Shown piece by piece: positions 32,478 through 42,970 of a stretch of 64,000 nucleotides of DNA. Made by a program: the position numbers and the translations under genes. The notes under the pieces are model-generated. The model was given only the letters and a program-made list of their open reading frames with translations. It had not been told where the DNA came from and did not search any database. Each line of letters opens with the position of its first letter. The first letter of the stretch is position 1. The DNA comes from a virus, in the IMG/VR virus record IMGVR_UViG_3300006802_000089, positions 10,398-74,397 of that record; one strand, given 5' to 3'.

Positions 32478-32933
32478 TTATAAAGAACCAGTTCCTAAAC
32501 TGATTTGTAAACAACTTCCACTACGCCATAATTGTCCGTTAACGCCTGGATCAGTCGTAGGTAAAGACGCAGTATAAAATAATATAGTTCCATTTGCTAT
32601 GAATGTTTCTGATACATCTAATCGATTAATCGAAGCGCTTGTTGCAGTAACGGAAGATCCGCTCATATATGATGCAGAAATTGCATTAGCAACATAGCTA
32701 GCAGTTTGAGCTGTTTCTACGTAACTTGCAGTTTGCGATAATGTAACATAACTTGCAGTGTCAGCAGTACCTGTTAAATTGCCAATTAAACTTCCAGTAA
32801 TATTTAAAGATCCAGAAATACTTATATCTTGCAATGTATTTCCAGTTAATACGTCATATAAATCAGAAACAAAACTTGCTGAAATTAATCCACCATTCAC
32901 AATTTGTGAACGATTATCGTCTAATACGCCCAT
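32478..32933 (-). CDS. Short fibre-like protein with TASYV repeats
   Basis: TASYV three times at 9-aa spacing; LPTTDP..GQLW. Confidence 0.55.
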   Translation of the reverse strand: MGVLDDNRSQIVNGGLISASFVSDLYDVLTGNTLQDISISGSLNITGSLIGNLTGTADTASYVTLSQTASYVETAQTASYVANAISASYMSGSSVTATSASINRLDVSETFIANGTILFYTASLPTTDPGVNGQLWRSGSCLQISLGTGSL

Positions 32934-32963
32934 GATATATTCTTTTTAATATAAATATAAGCC

Positions 32964-34847
32964 CTAGTAATTTACTACTCGGCCTTTTATATCTGAATTT
33001 GGGAATTTGATTTCAAAAATACTTGGATCCAATGATGGATATACTATACCGTTACGTGTCGACGCAGTTAAATCATATTGATTTCCAGAATATCCTTGAT
33101 CAGAGTCATATTTGTTATCCATGATTACACTAACAACGTTTTGAACTCCTTTTGTTGCTCCGATAAGATTAACAACTTCTGATTTTATAATCGGTTGATT
33201 TATCTGCCAACGATCTATATTAAAATAATCTTTTAAATTTGCAACACAATCTAATAAAACGGAATTACTATTATAATTAGGCAGTACTGTAATTTCAAAA
33301 TCCAAAGCAATATTAATAACAAATGCATCTTTAATATTGATAGCATCCGTTAAAATACGATAATAACCTAAATAAGTTTGTAAGTTTTCTTTTACTGCCT
33401 GATTCAAGTTCACTAGTTGTTTGTTAGAATTATATCCTAACAGATACAAATTCATTGCAAACGGATTAGGACTATTTTCTTCTATAACTTGCTGTTGAGT
33501 TAATTGATCATCTGGGACTATGTATGCTTTAGCAACACTTCCGAATTTAGCTGGCATTGAATAACATCTAACAACATAATCTTCTATAGTTACAGATCTA
33601 TTCTGTGTTGCAAAATTTGTAACGGCATTAGTTTTAATATCAATGATACTTTCTCGAGACTTAGCTCCAACAGCAGGAGTTGCATTATTTACAGAAAGTG
33701 TTCTTTTTACAAAATTTAAAACTGAAGAAGAAACTCCTGTTGCATTAACATTGTCTACGTATTCAACAAAATCTACTTGCGTTAACGTGTTAGTAGGAAC
33801 ATTATCAGTTATTCCATTTCCAATAGTATATGTAACCGTTAACGTGGTGTTAGACGGTGCTTGTCCATATGCTCTCGTATATAAAAAATTAGATGGATCG
33901 ATATCAACATCAATTGGTCTACGGAAGCCGGCTAATCCATTTCCTACATTGTCGGCATTTGGAATAATTTCTTCATCATTATTATCTGATATGCCTGCTC
34001 CGAATTGTAATTCAGTTTTATTATCACTTCTTAAACGTGTAACATATCGTTTAGCAGTTTTACGAAGTTTTAAGAGTTTAGGAACATTTCCTCGATACTG
34101 ACTCAATACCGGATCATTTTCTACAATATTTTCAATTTCTTCAAATATAGTATCTTGTCCTAAATAAGGTACCTGATACCAATTATCTCCATCTGATTCT
34201 TCAACACTTATAATATCAATAACATTAGTTTCAGGCAAAACTACTTTGTCATATGGTAACGGATCATTAAAAGTATATTCAGATGTTTTTACTTCCCCGG
34301 ATACAGCTTGTACTTGTTTTTTTAATAAATAATATGTTGGTAAATTAGTAGTTTCATCAGATTCATACACAGTAACTTCAGTAGTATTATTTGATCCAGA
34401 TGCAGAAAAGTCTATAGTATCTAATGTTCTGAATTGTGCCGAACCATTATTTTGTTTGATACGCATTCCTGGTTTAACATTTAACGCATATGTATAATCA
34501 GGACGAACATCAGCTCCTGTACCTATAGCCGGGACAAGTTGAAATACATCCAAGGTAACATAAGCAGGAACTGAATTTTTTACGTTATATCCTAATGCTT
34601 TTGATAATTCATAAACATTTGCACGTTCTGTTGCTTGTTGTATGATAGATTCTTTTAGATTAGTATCCGCATAATATGAAAGAACATCTCCAACATATGC
34701 AGCCATTTCTAAAAATATTGATCCTGGCGATGCATCACTAAAATCGGTATAATCATTAGGAAAATACTGTTTAGTAAAATTTATAAGATTCTGTTTGAAT
34801 TGAGCGAAATCTTTTCCTAGGTAAGATATATCTTTTTTTATTTCCAT
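32964..34847 (-). CDS. gp6: Baseplate wedge protein (T4 gp6-like)
   Basis: KDFAQFKQNL, AYVGDVLSYY, LQFG.G, QNRSVTIEDY. Confidence 0.9.
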   Translation of the reverse strand: MEIKKDISYLGKDFAQFKQNLINFTKQYFPNDYTDFSDASPGSIFLEMAAYVGDVLSYYADTNLKESIIQQATERANVYELSKALGYNVKNSVPAYVTLDVFQLVPAIGTGADVRPDYTYALNVKPGMRIKQNNGSAQFRTLDTIDFSASGSNNTTEVTVYESDETTNLPTYYLLKKQVQAVSGEVKTSEYTFNDPLPYDKVVLPETNVIDIISVEESDGDNWYQVPYLGQDTIFEEIENIVENDPVLSQYRGNVPKLLKLRKTAKRYVTRLRSDNKTELQFGAGISDNNDEEIIPNADNVGNGLAGFRRPIDVDIDPSNFLYTRAYGQAPSNTTLTVTYTIGNGITDNVPTNTLTQVDFVEYVDNVNATGVSSSVLNFVKRTLSVNNATPAVGAKSRESIIDIKTNAVTNFATQNRSVTIEDYVVRCYSMPAKFGSVAKAYIVPDDQLTQQQVIEENSPNPFAMNLYLLGYNSNKQLVNLNQAVKENLQTYLGYYRILTDAINIKDAFVINIALDFEITVLPNYNSNSVLLDCVANLKDYFNIDRWQINQPIIKSEVVNLIGATKGVQNVVSVIMDNKYDSDQGYSGNQYDLTASTRNGIVYPSLDPSIFEIKFPNSDIKGRVVNY

Positions 34848-34849
34848 GA

Positions 34850-35302
34850 TTATTCTATATTAACTACACCACTTTCATCAGCCGTTACAGTTACCGTGTC
34901 TGTTTTCAAAGATCCGTTAATTCCAAACGTAATTGATATTTTAACGTTATGTGGTAAATTCGGATCATCTTCTGCAGTTACAATATCAAATTGTTGTATT
35001 TCGATATAAGGTAGCCAAAACGAAATTTCATCTGTTATTAATGTTTCAATTTCTTGTTTTAAATCAGATACATTTGGTTCAAATACTAAATTTAATAATA
35101 ATGTACCAAAATTCACATTATGTAGTCGTTCGCCTTTTCTAGTTAATAATAAATTTTTTAAATTATCACGGGCTTGATCAATTGATAAGTAATTCAAATC
35201 AAATACACCAGGATTATTAAAAATTAATTTAACTCCTAATGCAATTTCTGAAACAACTGAATTTTCAGATTCTTGTTGATTTGATATTATCTGATATGCC
35301 AT
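34850..35302 (-). CDS. gp25: Baseplate wedge protein gp25
   Basis: NLKNLLLTRKGER...FGT...FEP...WLPYI. Confidence 0.9.
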   Translation of the reverse strand: MAYQIISNQQESENSVVSEIALGVKLIFNNPGVFDLNYLSIDQARDNLKNLLLTRKGERLHNVNFGTLLLNLVFEPNVSDLKQEIETLITDEISFWLPYIEIQQFDIVTAEDDPNLPHNVKISITFGINGSLKTDTVTVTADESGVVNIE

Positions 35303-35802
35303 TATTTACCTTTTTTCTTGTCTATTGCTTTCATCAGCGCTGAATAATCTCTGGTGATAGCTTTTGCAACTGCAGGATCTACTTGCATGTTTTTACCAGT
35401 TTCTGGATCCTGCATAACAGCTGGTGCTGCCATGTTAGATTGCATTCCCATTTTTCTGGCCGCGCCGAAATTCATTGCATCTGCAGAAGTCATTGTGATA
35501 TCTTCTGTCATTAATTCTGCATAAGAATTCATTGTTAATGGTGTTTCTTCACGAAGTGAATCGGTATCGTTTAGAATGCTAGAAAATTTATTTTCTTTAA
35601 AATTTACTTTGCGTTTAGGTTTTGTTGGTTTCGGAATAACCGGATTAGACAGTTGTTTATTACTAATAACATCCGTTTTCATTTCATTGATAGTTGATTG
35701 TAACCCTTCTTGTAGTATTTCAGACAGTTCTTCTTTAATTACTTTACGAACTTCTTCGGCTACTACTTGTTTTAAAACTGAAATTAATTTTGATTGACTC
35801 AT
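35302..35802 (-). CDS. Hypothetical protein
   Basis: ORF with late motif upstream; C-terminal RDYSALMKA. Confidence 0.6.
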   Translation of the reverse strand: MSQSKLISVLKQVVAEEVRKVIKEELSEILQEGLQSTINEMKTDVISNKQLSNPVIPKPTKPKRKVNFKENKFSSILNDTDSLREETPLTMNSYAELMTEDITMTSADAMNFGAARKMGMQSNMAAPAVMQDPETGKNMQVDPAVAKAITRDYSALMKAIDKKKGK

Positions 35803-35847
35803 AATTACTTTTTTTATATATAAATATTAATATGTACGATTTATAGG

Positions 35848-36690
35848 TTAAGTCCAAGAGCCATTAGTTGGCTTAGGTCCGAATAATTGATTTGTTTGGG
35901 TATCTATGTAAAAGTCACCTGCTGTTCCAATTGTATTTAATGGAGATCCTTGTCCGGTTAAAACATTGGTAGGTAGTTCTACCAAATTGTTAATAACATC
36001 AAATCCTCCATCTATTAATTCTACTATTTCTTGATACCTAGCATCTAAATCTTCGTCAGACACATTTAGTTCCGTGTAGAATGTGCTTGGAAATTGTTCT
36101 AATAATTCTTCTGCAGTTGGAGGCGTTACTAATGTTACATCAATAGTATCATTTCCTGATAAATTGTTTAAGAAATCATTAACACGATCTGCAGATTCAT
36201 TGCATAAATTATTTAGGAATTGTTGTGCTTGTGCAGCAGATGTTAAAATTGTAGGAAACAATGCTAATAAACGATCGAATATACTAAGCAATATATTAGC
36301 AACCGTTAATGAATTTTGAGCTAATTGTGCGTTAGATTCTCCGGCACTTTGAGCGGCTCCATTAGTAGGAGTTACTAGAGTTGCTGCTAATGCAGCGGCT
36401 TGTCCAACTCTTGCTAATATTTTTAAAACATTCACTACCGTAGATAAAACTGCAATTAAATCATTTATCTTTTCCAAAAAATTTAATAACGCTTCCAGTT
36501 TATTACGTAATTCTCGTACGTCTGCATCGTCGCAAGATACATTGGTAGGGATATTTTCTAACAGATTAGGAATTTGAATTGCTCCTAATTGTTGTAAAGT
36601 TCCGATATACTTGTTAAGTAACGGAAGCAAACGTTCAGCAATTAAAACCGGAGGCGCAGCAATTTGATTGATAGGAAATGGAGATGCCAT
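35848..36690 (-). CDS. Helical virion-associated protein
   Basis: C-terminal GDFYID...LFGPK...W motif typical of tail/collagen-associated proteins. Confidence 0.5.
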   Translation of the reverse strand: MASPFPINQIAAPPVLIAERLLPLLNKYIGTLQQLGAIQIPNLLENIPTNVSCDDADVRELRNKLEALLNFLEKINDLIAVLSTVVNVLKILARVGQAAALAATLVTPTNGAAQSAGESNAQLAQNSLTVANILLSIFDRLLALFPTILTSAAQAQQFLNNLCNESADRVNDFLNNLSGNDTIDVTLVTPPTAEELLEQFPSTFYTELNVSDEDLDARYQEIVELIDGGFDVINNLVELPTNVLTGQGSPLNTIGTAGDFYIDTQTNQLFGPKPTNGSWT

Positions 36691-36692
36691 AA

Positions 36693-37691
36693 TTATTCAG
36701 TTCGTTTATCTTGTTGAATCTTAGGATTAAGAATGTTATTTAATTTACCAGAAGCTTCTAGTAAACTAATCTGATCTACTGCAGATGTTATAAGTGTGTT
36801 ATCTGCAGATTTAAATCCAGATGTTAATACATTTAATATATTATTTAATACATCATGTAATTCTGTAGAATATATTCCATCTTCCTTGTTTATATCAGTA
36901 CCAAATACTACTTTGGCTGTGTTTAACTCAATGTTATTAGGTGCATTAATCGTTACACTATCAGTTTTTGCGTTTAAATTGATTCGGTCTGCAACGCCTA
37001 TAAATTGTGATTGATACCCGTTTTCTTGTTTTAATGATTTAGTAACGGTATATCCGGATATTTCTTGCGTGCTAGTTAAATATATTGAAGAATAATCTGA
37101 GTTTGGATTTTCTGTAATAAACTGACTGTTAGTATTGTTTTTAGTATTTGAAATTATTATTATAGGATCTCCGTCAGATCCATTTTTATTTCTCCAACCC
37201 GGTTGTTTCGAAAAAGTTGTATCCTGTGTTTTCAATGTGCTGCCAAATCGAATTCGATTACCCCATCTTCCTTGAATTATTCGATCACCGGGATATGGCT
37301 GTAATGTTGATATACTTTTTTCTGATATCCGTTTTTGCCAAGCTGTTGATAGTTCTTTGCCTACCGAATTATTTGTTTTATATGTAACTCCTGGTAATAA
37401 ATTATTATTAACAGTTGTTTGTATTGAATATGTAGTTAAAAAATACCAATCATATCTTCTTGTGCTAGTATTAGATTCTTGTCTAAGTCCTTTGAATATT
37501 AAAACATGTTCTCCGGGTATTGGTATTACTAAATCGTGTATATTTGCTGGACGGACATTTTCATACACTCTAACATTAACATCGGATATAGTTCTAACAG
37601 TAATTCTCAATTCATCTGATTCATTATTATTAGAATCATTAAAAGCATTACTAGTGTTTAAAACTTCAGCAATTTTTAATTTAGTTATCAT
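36693..37691 (-). CDS. Baseplate hub/spike (gp5/VgrG-like) protein
   Basis: PIPGEHVLI (OB-fold-like), PGDRIIQGRWGNRIRFGS, beta-repeat C-terminus; context next to gp25/gp6. Confidence 0.55.
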   Translation of the reverse strand: MITKLKIAEVLNTSNAFNDSNNNESDELRITVRTISDVNVRVYENVRPANIHDLVIPIPGEHVLIFKGLRQESNTSTRRYDWYFLTTYSIQTTVNNNLLPGVTYKTNNSVGKELSTAWQKRISEKSISTLQPYPGDRIIQGRWGNRIRFGSTLKTQDTTFSKQPGWRNKNGSDGDPIIIISNTKNNTNSQFITENPNSDYSSIYLTSTQEISGYTVTKSLKQENGYQSQFIGVADRINLNAKTDSVTINAPNNIELNTAKVVFGTDINKEDGIYSTELHDVLNNILNVLTSGFKSADNTLITSAVDQISLLEASGKLNNILNPKIQQDKRTE

Positions 37692-38124
37692 CTGACTTAG
37701 ATACCTTGTTTTTAACTTGATCTACTCGCGATTGCATATTACGCTCTTCGTCATCAATACGTTTTATTTCTTCTATTTCATCTTCTAATTCCGTAACATA
37801 GTTTTGTTCAGCAATAGCTAAAAGTTGTTTCTTTTCTTCATCACTCATTAATCCGTCTGCACCAGAAATAGTTTGTTTGGTAGAAATATAACGCTGCGTA
37901 ATTGCCGCTAATTTAATCAGATGATCATCGTTCTTAACAGATATATCCAGATATTCTTTGATAAGTGGAACAATGATAGTAGCATCAGATGCATTCTTGA
38001 TTAAAGGTTGCAACTGTGCTATCATTTGGCTGATTTGCCGATCTTTCTTTTTGGAATTATGGTATATGTCGGACATCAAGTCCGAGAAAGAAGTATCCTT
38101 GAATAGTTTGTCATCTTTATCCAT
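37681..38124 (-). CDS. Helical hypothetical protein
   Basis: ORF with late motif upstream. Confidence 0.6.
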   Translation of the reverse strand: MDKDDKLFKDTSFSDLMSDIYHNSKKKDRQISQMIAQLQPLIKNASDATIIVPLIKEYLDISVKNDDHLIKLAAITQRYISTKQTISGADGLMSDEEKKQLLAIAEQNYVTELEDEIEEIKRIDDEERNMQSRVDQVKNKVSKSDDN

Positions 38125-38145
38125 AACGCTTTTTAATAATAAATA

Positions 38146-38856
38146 TCAAAAAGGCAATTTCATGAACTCTGATTGTTGATACTCTTCGAATTTGTCTTCA
38201 TATAATCGTTTGATGGTTTTCATTACTCTGGTAATGTAGGTGGTTTGTGCTGGTTCTAGTTTAGCACGTTCCCGTATCAATATGTATAAAGACTTTTTGT
38301 TGTATTCTTCTATATTTTCACGATTTTCAAAAAAGTGTAAAACTGAATCTGCTACATGAATATCTAATGACGAACTAAATATATAATTCAAATTGCGATA
38401 ACAATAATCTACAAATTCGTCCATAAACACTCGCAAATTGTCTTGCATTTCATCATTATCAATTTCAGTCATGACGTTTCGTTGTTCATCTAAATCGAAT
38501 TCTTCTGCTTTTTGTTTTATTTTTTTATATGCTTTTGAATTCTCTGCAATCAGATAGTTCCATGATGTTCTGGTGTAATAAGAATAAGCTTTACCAGATT
38601 CCGGATTGAATTTATCTAAACGAGCAGTTAAATACGTAACTAAATCTGTTTGCAAATCAGAAAACGTAGAATCGATATAGTCAGGTTTCATTTTGTTAAT
38701 TAAATTTTCCGCAAGTTTCATGAATGCAGGAAATATGAATCTGCGATATACTCGTTCTTTAAGAACTGGTCTTTCTTCTAGTTGATTGTATGCTACGATT
38801 GCTGCCTGTGTGATGGATGTAAAATAATTATTACTTTTCTTCCTCTTGCGTCCCAT
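38146..38856 (-). CDS. Late-transcription sigma factor (T4 gp55-like)
   Basis: NYFT...KLAENLI...LDKFNPESGKAYSYYT, resembling the sigma region 2 of gp55 (FDP.K..AF.YFT). Confidence 0.65.
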   Translation of the reverse strand: MGRKRKKSNNYFTSITQAAIVAYNQLEERPVLKERVYRRFIFPAFMKLAENLINKMKPDYIDSTFSDLQTDLVTYLTARLDKFNPESGKAYSYYTRTSWNYLIAENSKAYKKIKQKAEEFDLDEQRNVMTEIDNDEMQDNLRVFMDEFVDYCYRNLNYIFSSSLDIHVADSVLHFFENRENIEEYNKKSLYILIRERAKLEPAQTTYITRVMKTIKRLYEDKFEEYQQSEFMKLPF

Positions 38857-39130
38857 TGAATTCTTCGTTTAAATTGTCTATTACTTCTTTTAATAATTGA
38901 AATGTTGTGCCTGCTTCATCTTCTTTTTCAAATGCACCGAGTCGATCAATTCGCTTCATGTTGCGATGTGCTTCATCAATCATTCTGTACATATATTCAG
39001 AAAGCTGTTCTACTTCATCGGTATAATCTACCTGGTCTGCTAGTAGTCCTGCTAGCACATAAGCTCGATAAGCAAAGTATGCAGCAGCGCCTAATCCTAG
39101 CATACAAAGTATTGTTAGTGATATAATCAT
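38831..39130 (-). CDS. Small membrane-anchored protein
   Basis: N-terminal TM segment. Confidence 0.6.
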   Translation of the reverse strand: MIISLTILCMLGLGAAAYFAYRAYVLAGLLADQVDYTDEVEQLSEYMYRMIDEAHRNMKRIDRLGAFEKEDEAGTTFQLLKEVIDNLNEEFNGTQEEEK

Positions 39131-39132
39131 GA

Positions 39133-39903
39133 TTAATCTTCGTTAAATGAACCGAATATATCTGCGATTGATTTTCCCATATCCGGATTATTTTCTGCTA
39201 AATTCTTTATAGCATTAGTTTTAGTTTCTTTTGATTTAGGAGCAACTACTTTTGGACTCTGATTGTTTCTCCATCTTTCAAATTCAATTTGTGCTGCCAT
39301 GTGGTCTGCATGATGCAATAGCACTGGCAAATTAGTTTTTAATTTAGCCTGAGCACTTCTGGCAACAAAATACGGTTTATTTGCATCGTCATACATTCCG
39401 TCGTGTATTTTTATAGCTTGATATTCCGTCCAAGACATAGGAACATTGTATTTATGCAACAAGAAAATAGAAAGATCTGGAACCATTGTGAAAGGAATGT
39501 TTTCATTGTGTTTGTACATTCGTCCCATGTTTTTTCTGTGCCAATCCGAAGTTTCTACCTGATACACTTCATTGCCATCTCCTGGAAATCCTACTTTGCC
39601 TAAGTCATGATGCATTGCTGCGAAGAGCATTTCCTGCACAGTATATCCAGACATATCCGATCCCATATCTTGCCATGATTCATAAAGTTTTTCTGCACAA
39701 TCCATTACACGAAGCACGTGGTCTACATAACCGCCTGCAAAAGCATTATGATAATGTGCTATACTAGATGCCGGCATCATCATCATTCGATCTTCGAATT
39801 CATCATACATTCGATTCAATTGTTCCGATCTGGAATCAAACAATGAATTAACACGGTCTCTGTAAATATCCCAATTTAATTTTATTTTTTCTGCTTCTAA
39901 CAT
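39133..39903 (-). CDS. HD-domain phosphohydrolase
   Basis: PASS..HYH...GGYVDH...HHDLGK...HDG...HHAD. Confidence 0.85.
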   Translation of the reverse strand: MLEAEKIKLNWDIYRDRVNSLFDSRSEQLNRMYDEFEDRMMMMPASSIAHYHNAFAGGYVDHVLRVMDCAEKLYESWQDMGSDMSGYTVQEMLFAAMHHDLGKVGFPGDGNEVYQVETSDWHRKNMGRMYKHNENIPFTMVPDLSIFLLHKYNVPMSWTEYQAIKIHDGMYDDANKPYFVARSAQAKLKTNLPVLLHHADHMAAQIEFERWRNNQSPKVVAPKSKETKTNAIKNLAENNPDMGKSIADIFGSFNED

Positions 39904-39933
39904 TTATAACTTTTTTTTATATATTATAAGTAA

Positions 39934-40101
39934 TTATTTGCGTTCTTCCAATCGTTGTCCTTCTGCAAGTTTATGTGTGCATCTGAAACAAGTAACTTTG
40001 ACTGAATTCACATCACATCGTTCTACCAATGTGTTGCAATACTTACAATTTAGTGAGTGGAAATTTCCTCCACTGCCTTTTCTGAAACTCTTTTTTCTCA
40101 T
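39934..40101 (-). CDS. Small zinc-ribbon protein (55 aa, not in the ORF track)
   Basis: Manual translation MRKKSFRKG...CKYC...CFRC... Confidence 0.65.
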   Translation of the reverse strand: MRKKSFRKGSGGNFHSLNCKYCNTLVERCDVNSVKVTCFRCTHKLAEGQRLEERK

Positions 40102-40106
40102 GTATT

Positions 40107-41069
40107 TTATTTTTTACGTTTTGCTGATCTCCACACATTGTGTAATGAGTGTGGTTTGAAAGGTTTTGTATCTGTTTCTGGTTTAGCAGGAGATTCCTGA
40201 GTCGGGGCTTCAACCCTCTCGGCTTTACTCTCCTCAGATTTTGAATCTCCTTGAGCTGCTTCCGGAGCAGTATCATGTTTTGTTCGGGTAGCAAGTAATT
40301 TGTTTGCAGATACCAGCAACATTACGGCTAACGGATCAAACACTATTATAAATAATAATATAAACCAATTCACTACCAGATCCATGGATTTGCCAGTAAT
40401 ACCAGAAACATAGGTTAACGGTCCTAACTCTGCAGCTGCTTCATTGTTTATTTGAATGTCAAGTATTTTCATTTCAATTGCACTAACCGAATCTGCTGCA
40501 GCAATTTCTGAATCTGCTAACTGATCTCTTCTGGCAATCTGAGAATCCAATTGTGCCTGCAACACTTTTCTGGTGGCCGTGCTGGTAGTGGTTATTCTGT
40601 TTCCGTCTCGGTCTATGTAGCTTATAACGTTGTTTGATAGCCCTTTAGTTAATTCTGATATATTAGCATTCAGTGATTCTTTTTCAGCTTGTATAGCATT
40701 TAAATTGGTTGTGTATCTTTGTTTTTTCAGATCTAAAACCGATATTTCACTGTCCATTGCATTCATTTTGTATGCAGTATCTTGATATGAAGAAACCAAG
40801 AATCCGTATATACCCAGACTGGTAATTGCCATAAGTATGACCATTGCGGCAGTTAAATAAGTTTTAGCAAACCAATTGATAGTACGCCATCGTGCATGCA
40901 AATAAGAAGCTGTAACTAGTTTAGATGCTTCAAGTATCGAAGCCATAAATATTACCGCAGTTGCTTGAGATGAAAATAACTTGCTTAGTCCAAATATACT
41001 ATAATACGCTGCGGTTGCTGCCAAAGATAATGCTGACAGCAGCATTATGTACGGTAACATCCGTTTCAT
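40107..41069 (-). CDS. Multi-TM coiled-coil membrane protein
   Basis: Three N-terminal TMs, coiled coil, ELGPL and IIVFDPLAV. Confidence 0.75.
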   Translation of the reverse strand: MKRMLPYIMLLSALSLAATAAYYSIFGLSKLFSSQATAVIFMASILEASKLVTASYLHARWRTINWFAKTYLTAAMVILMAITSLGIYGFLVSSYQDTAYKMNAMDSEISVLDLKKQRYTTNLNAIQAEKESLNANISELTKGLSNNVISYIDRDGNRITTTSTATRKVLQAQLDSQIARRDQLADSEIAAADSVSAIEMKILDIQINNEAAAELGPLTYVSGITGKSMDLVVNWFILLFIIVFDPLAVMLLVSANKLLATRTKHDTAPEAAQGDSKSEESKAERVEAPTQESPAKPETDTKPFKPHSLHNVWRSAKRKK

Positions 41070-41073
41070 GTGA

Positions 41074-41253
41074 TTACTCCCGATCGACGAAATACTTTGC
41101 CGACTCTATTTTTTTAAGAGCTCTGGCCAGATTATCTAACGTAGATCTTTTGTCTATTTTTCCTTCCGTAAGCATCTTTCCGACATTTCTTACGATTTCG
41201 TGTGCCTCTGTGAGGTCATCTGTAACTTTTGCTTTGTATCTGTAATACGCCAT
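41074..41253 (-). CDS. Small hypothetical protein (59 aa, not in the ORF track)
   Basis: Manual translation MAYYRYKAKVTDD...YFVDRE fills the gap exactly. Confidence 0.6.
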   Translation of the reverse strand: MAYYRYKAKVTDDLTEAHEIVRNVGKMLTEGKIDKRSTLDNLARALKKIESAKYFVDRE

Positions 41254-41271
41254 AATTTATTTGGTTTTTTA

Positions 41272-41820
41272 TTAATTTACTGATATAGTTACATCAAAAT
41301 TAGAATGTCTATCTGCAGTGCTAATTGTTTTAACTGAGATTAAATATCCGTTTTCTGAATGTATTTCTTTAACTTCAAAATGAGTAGCATATGGTTCATG
41401 AAATTTAATATAACCTACATATACTCCATCACTGTTATGCATTTTGATTTCATAATTTGAATTTTCTCCTGCCCAACAAATACCACTTGATGTTGTGCTA
41501 CAAGTAGTAATTACATCATGGTTTAAAGTACACCATTGAGGATTAATCACTACATCTTTAATACATTGCTCATAATCAGAACTTTTTTGCACATGAATTG
41601 AATCATCTAAATCACTGTTTCTGAATGCTTGGGCATCTAATGAAATTGTTGCTTGCAATGAAGCAGAACTTCCTTTTCTCCAATCACCTACACTGTTGTT
41701 TGGTGCTACTAGGTGTACTAATACTGCTATAGATATTAATAATACCCAAGTAGATTTTTTACTAAATAAGTTTTTAACTCGTTCTAATAAACTTTTAATT
41801 TTTGCAACTGTTGTTTTCAT
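41272..41820 (-). CDS. Membrane-anchored/exported protein
   Basis: Basic N-terminus + TM; late motif upstream. Confidence 0.6.
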   Translation of the reverse strand: MKTTVAKIKSLLERVKNLFSKKSTWVLLISIAVLVHLVAPNNSVGDWRKGSSASLQATISLDAQAFRNSDLDDSIHVQKSSDYEQCIKDVVINPQWCTLNHDVITTCSTTSSGICWAGENSNYEIKMHNSDGVYVGYIKFHEPYATHFEVKEIHSENGYLISVKTISTADRHSNFDVTISVN

Positions 41821-41852
41821 ATTTGTTTCTTTTTTAATTTAATATAAATATG

Positions 41853-42872
41853 TTATACTAGTATTTGCTGCTGGCAACATTCGACACCAATCTGTTGCAG
41901 TGTTAATTCTTTTGCCTTAGCTTCAACCTCGATGTCTAAGTCGTCAACACCATATGTGTTAGGTAGATCGACAATATAGTCGGAATGAGCCTGCTCTTTG
42001 ATCTTGGTGAATGCCTTGTATTCTTTGTGAAATGTAGGCCAATCAGCAATATTGTCCATGCTGATGCCGTTATGCTCGAACATTCGCTCGATAAGCAGTT
42101 GCTGTTCGCGTCTGCGAGACTCACTGTAATGAGTGCACTGAGTAACACCGTGCTTAGTCCATGTCTCACGTGCCATGAAGAATGCCTCCTGCTCGGATAT
42201 GTCGCCGGTATTGAAAGTGTGATGCCAATAGTCAAACGTAATAGGAATATCGGTATGCACATGCACCATCTCATACAATTCACGCACAGAATACAAAGAA
42301 GCCTTGTCGTCATTCTCTAGCACAAGACGTGCACGTAAGCCGTCAGACAATCGTGAATAGTTTTGAAGCCATCGTGCAATAGTGCCGGACTTGTCGCCGT
42401 ATGCTGCGCCTACATGAATATTGATAAGATTGTCAAAACTAGGAGCATAACCCATAAGGTCAAACATTTCGCTGTGTCGTTCGAGACCTATGATGCTGTT
42501 GTCGACAACATCGGCCTTAGGCGAACCTAGTATGTGAAATGGACCTGGGTGTGTAGTTAGACGATGACCATGCGCGCGAGCAAAGTCGCCGGCAGCACGA
42601 AGATGATGTGTAATTTCATCTAGGCCAGGTAAATCTGTTAGCTCGTAATGATTCCAACGTGGAAATATCTCGGAACCGATGCGAAACAATCGTATGCCTT
42701 GCTGTTCGTTCCACTGCAGTATAGGAAGCAAATCTTTTGCATTTTGCAGAGATATGTCAGATGCTAACTGCATACCACCTTGTCGAAATTTGCGATCAAT
42801 CATGGTGCGACCGGTGCGGATGCCCTGCTTGCCGAGCTGCATGTTGATACAACAATAACCAAATCTAATCAT
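41853..42872 (-). CDS. uvsE: UV-damage endonuclease (UVDE)
   Basis: FGYCCIN, LFRIGSEIFP, RLTTHPG, NIHVG, LENDD, FDYWHH, HYSES, AHSDY, EAKAKE. Confidence 0.93.
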   Translation of the reverse strand: MIRFGYCCINMQLGKQGIRTGRTMIDRKFRQGGMQLASDISLQNAKDLLPILQWNEQQGIRLFRIGSEIFPRWNHYELTDLPGLDEITHHLRAAGDFARAHGHRLTTHPGPFHILGSPKADVVDNSIIGLERHSEMFDLMGYAPSFDNLINIHVGAAYGDKSGTIARWLQNYSRLSDGLRARLVLENDDKASLYSVRELYEMVHVHTDIPITFDYWHHTFNTGDISEQEAFFMARETWTKHGVTQCTHYSESRRREQQLLIERMFEHNGISMDNIADWPTFHKEYKAFTKIKEQAHSDYIVDLPNTYGVDDLDIEVEAKAKELTLQQIGVECCQQQILV

Positions 42873-42886
42873 AGTATTTTTTTATT

Positions 42887-42915
42887 AATATAAGTAAAAT
42901 TTTTCAAAAATCCTA
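42887..42915 (-). promoter_or_regulatory. Early/middle-type promoter for uvsE
   Basis: TAGGAT-N17-TATATT, the same layout as the cassette promoters. Confidence 0.55.
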
Positions 42916-42970
42916 ATAACGATGTTTTTTAATTTTCGTATATTTATAATAAATAAAATAGAATGTATAC

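Noticed and set aside
37681-38124. Terminase small subunit
   Set aside because: Size and helicity fit, but no recognisable motif and it is not adjacent to the large subunit
40043-40294. 83-aa ORF from the track
   Set aside because: It overlaps two better ORFs (40107..41069 and 39934..40101) on the same strand
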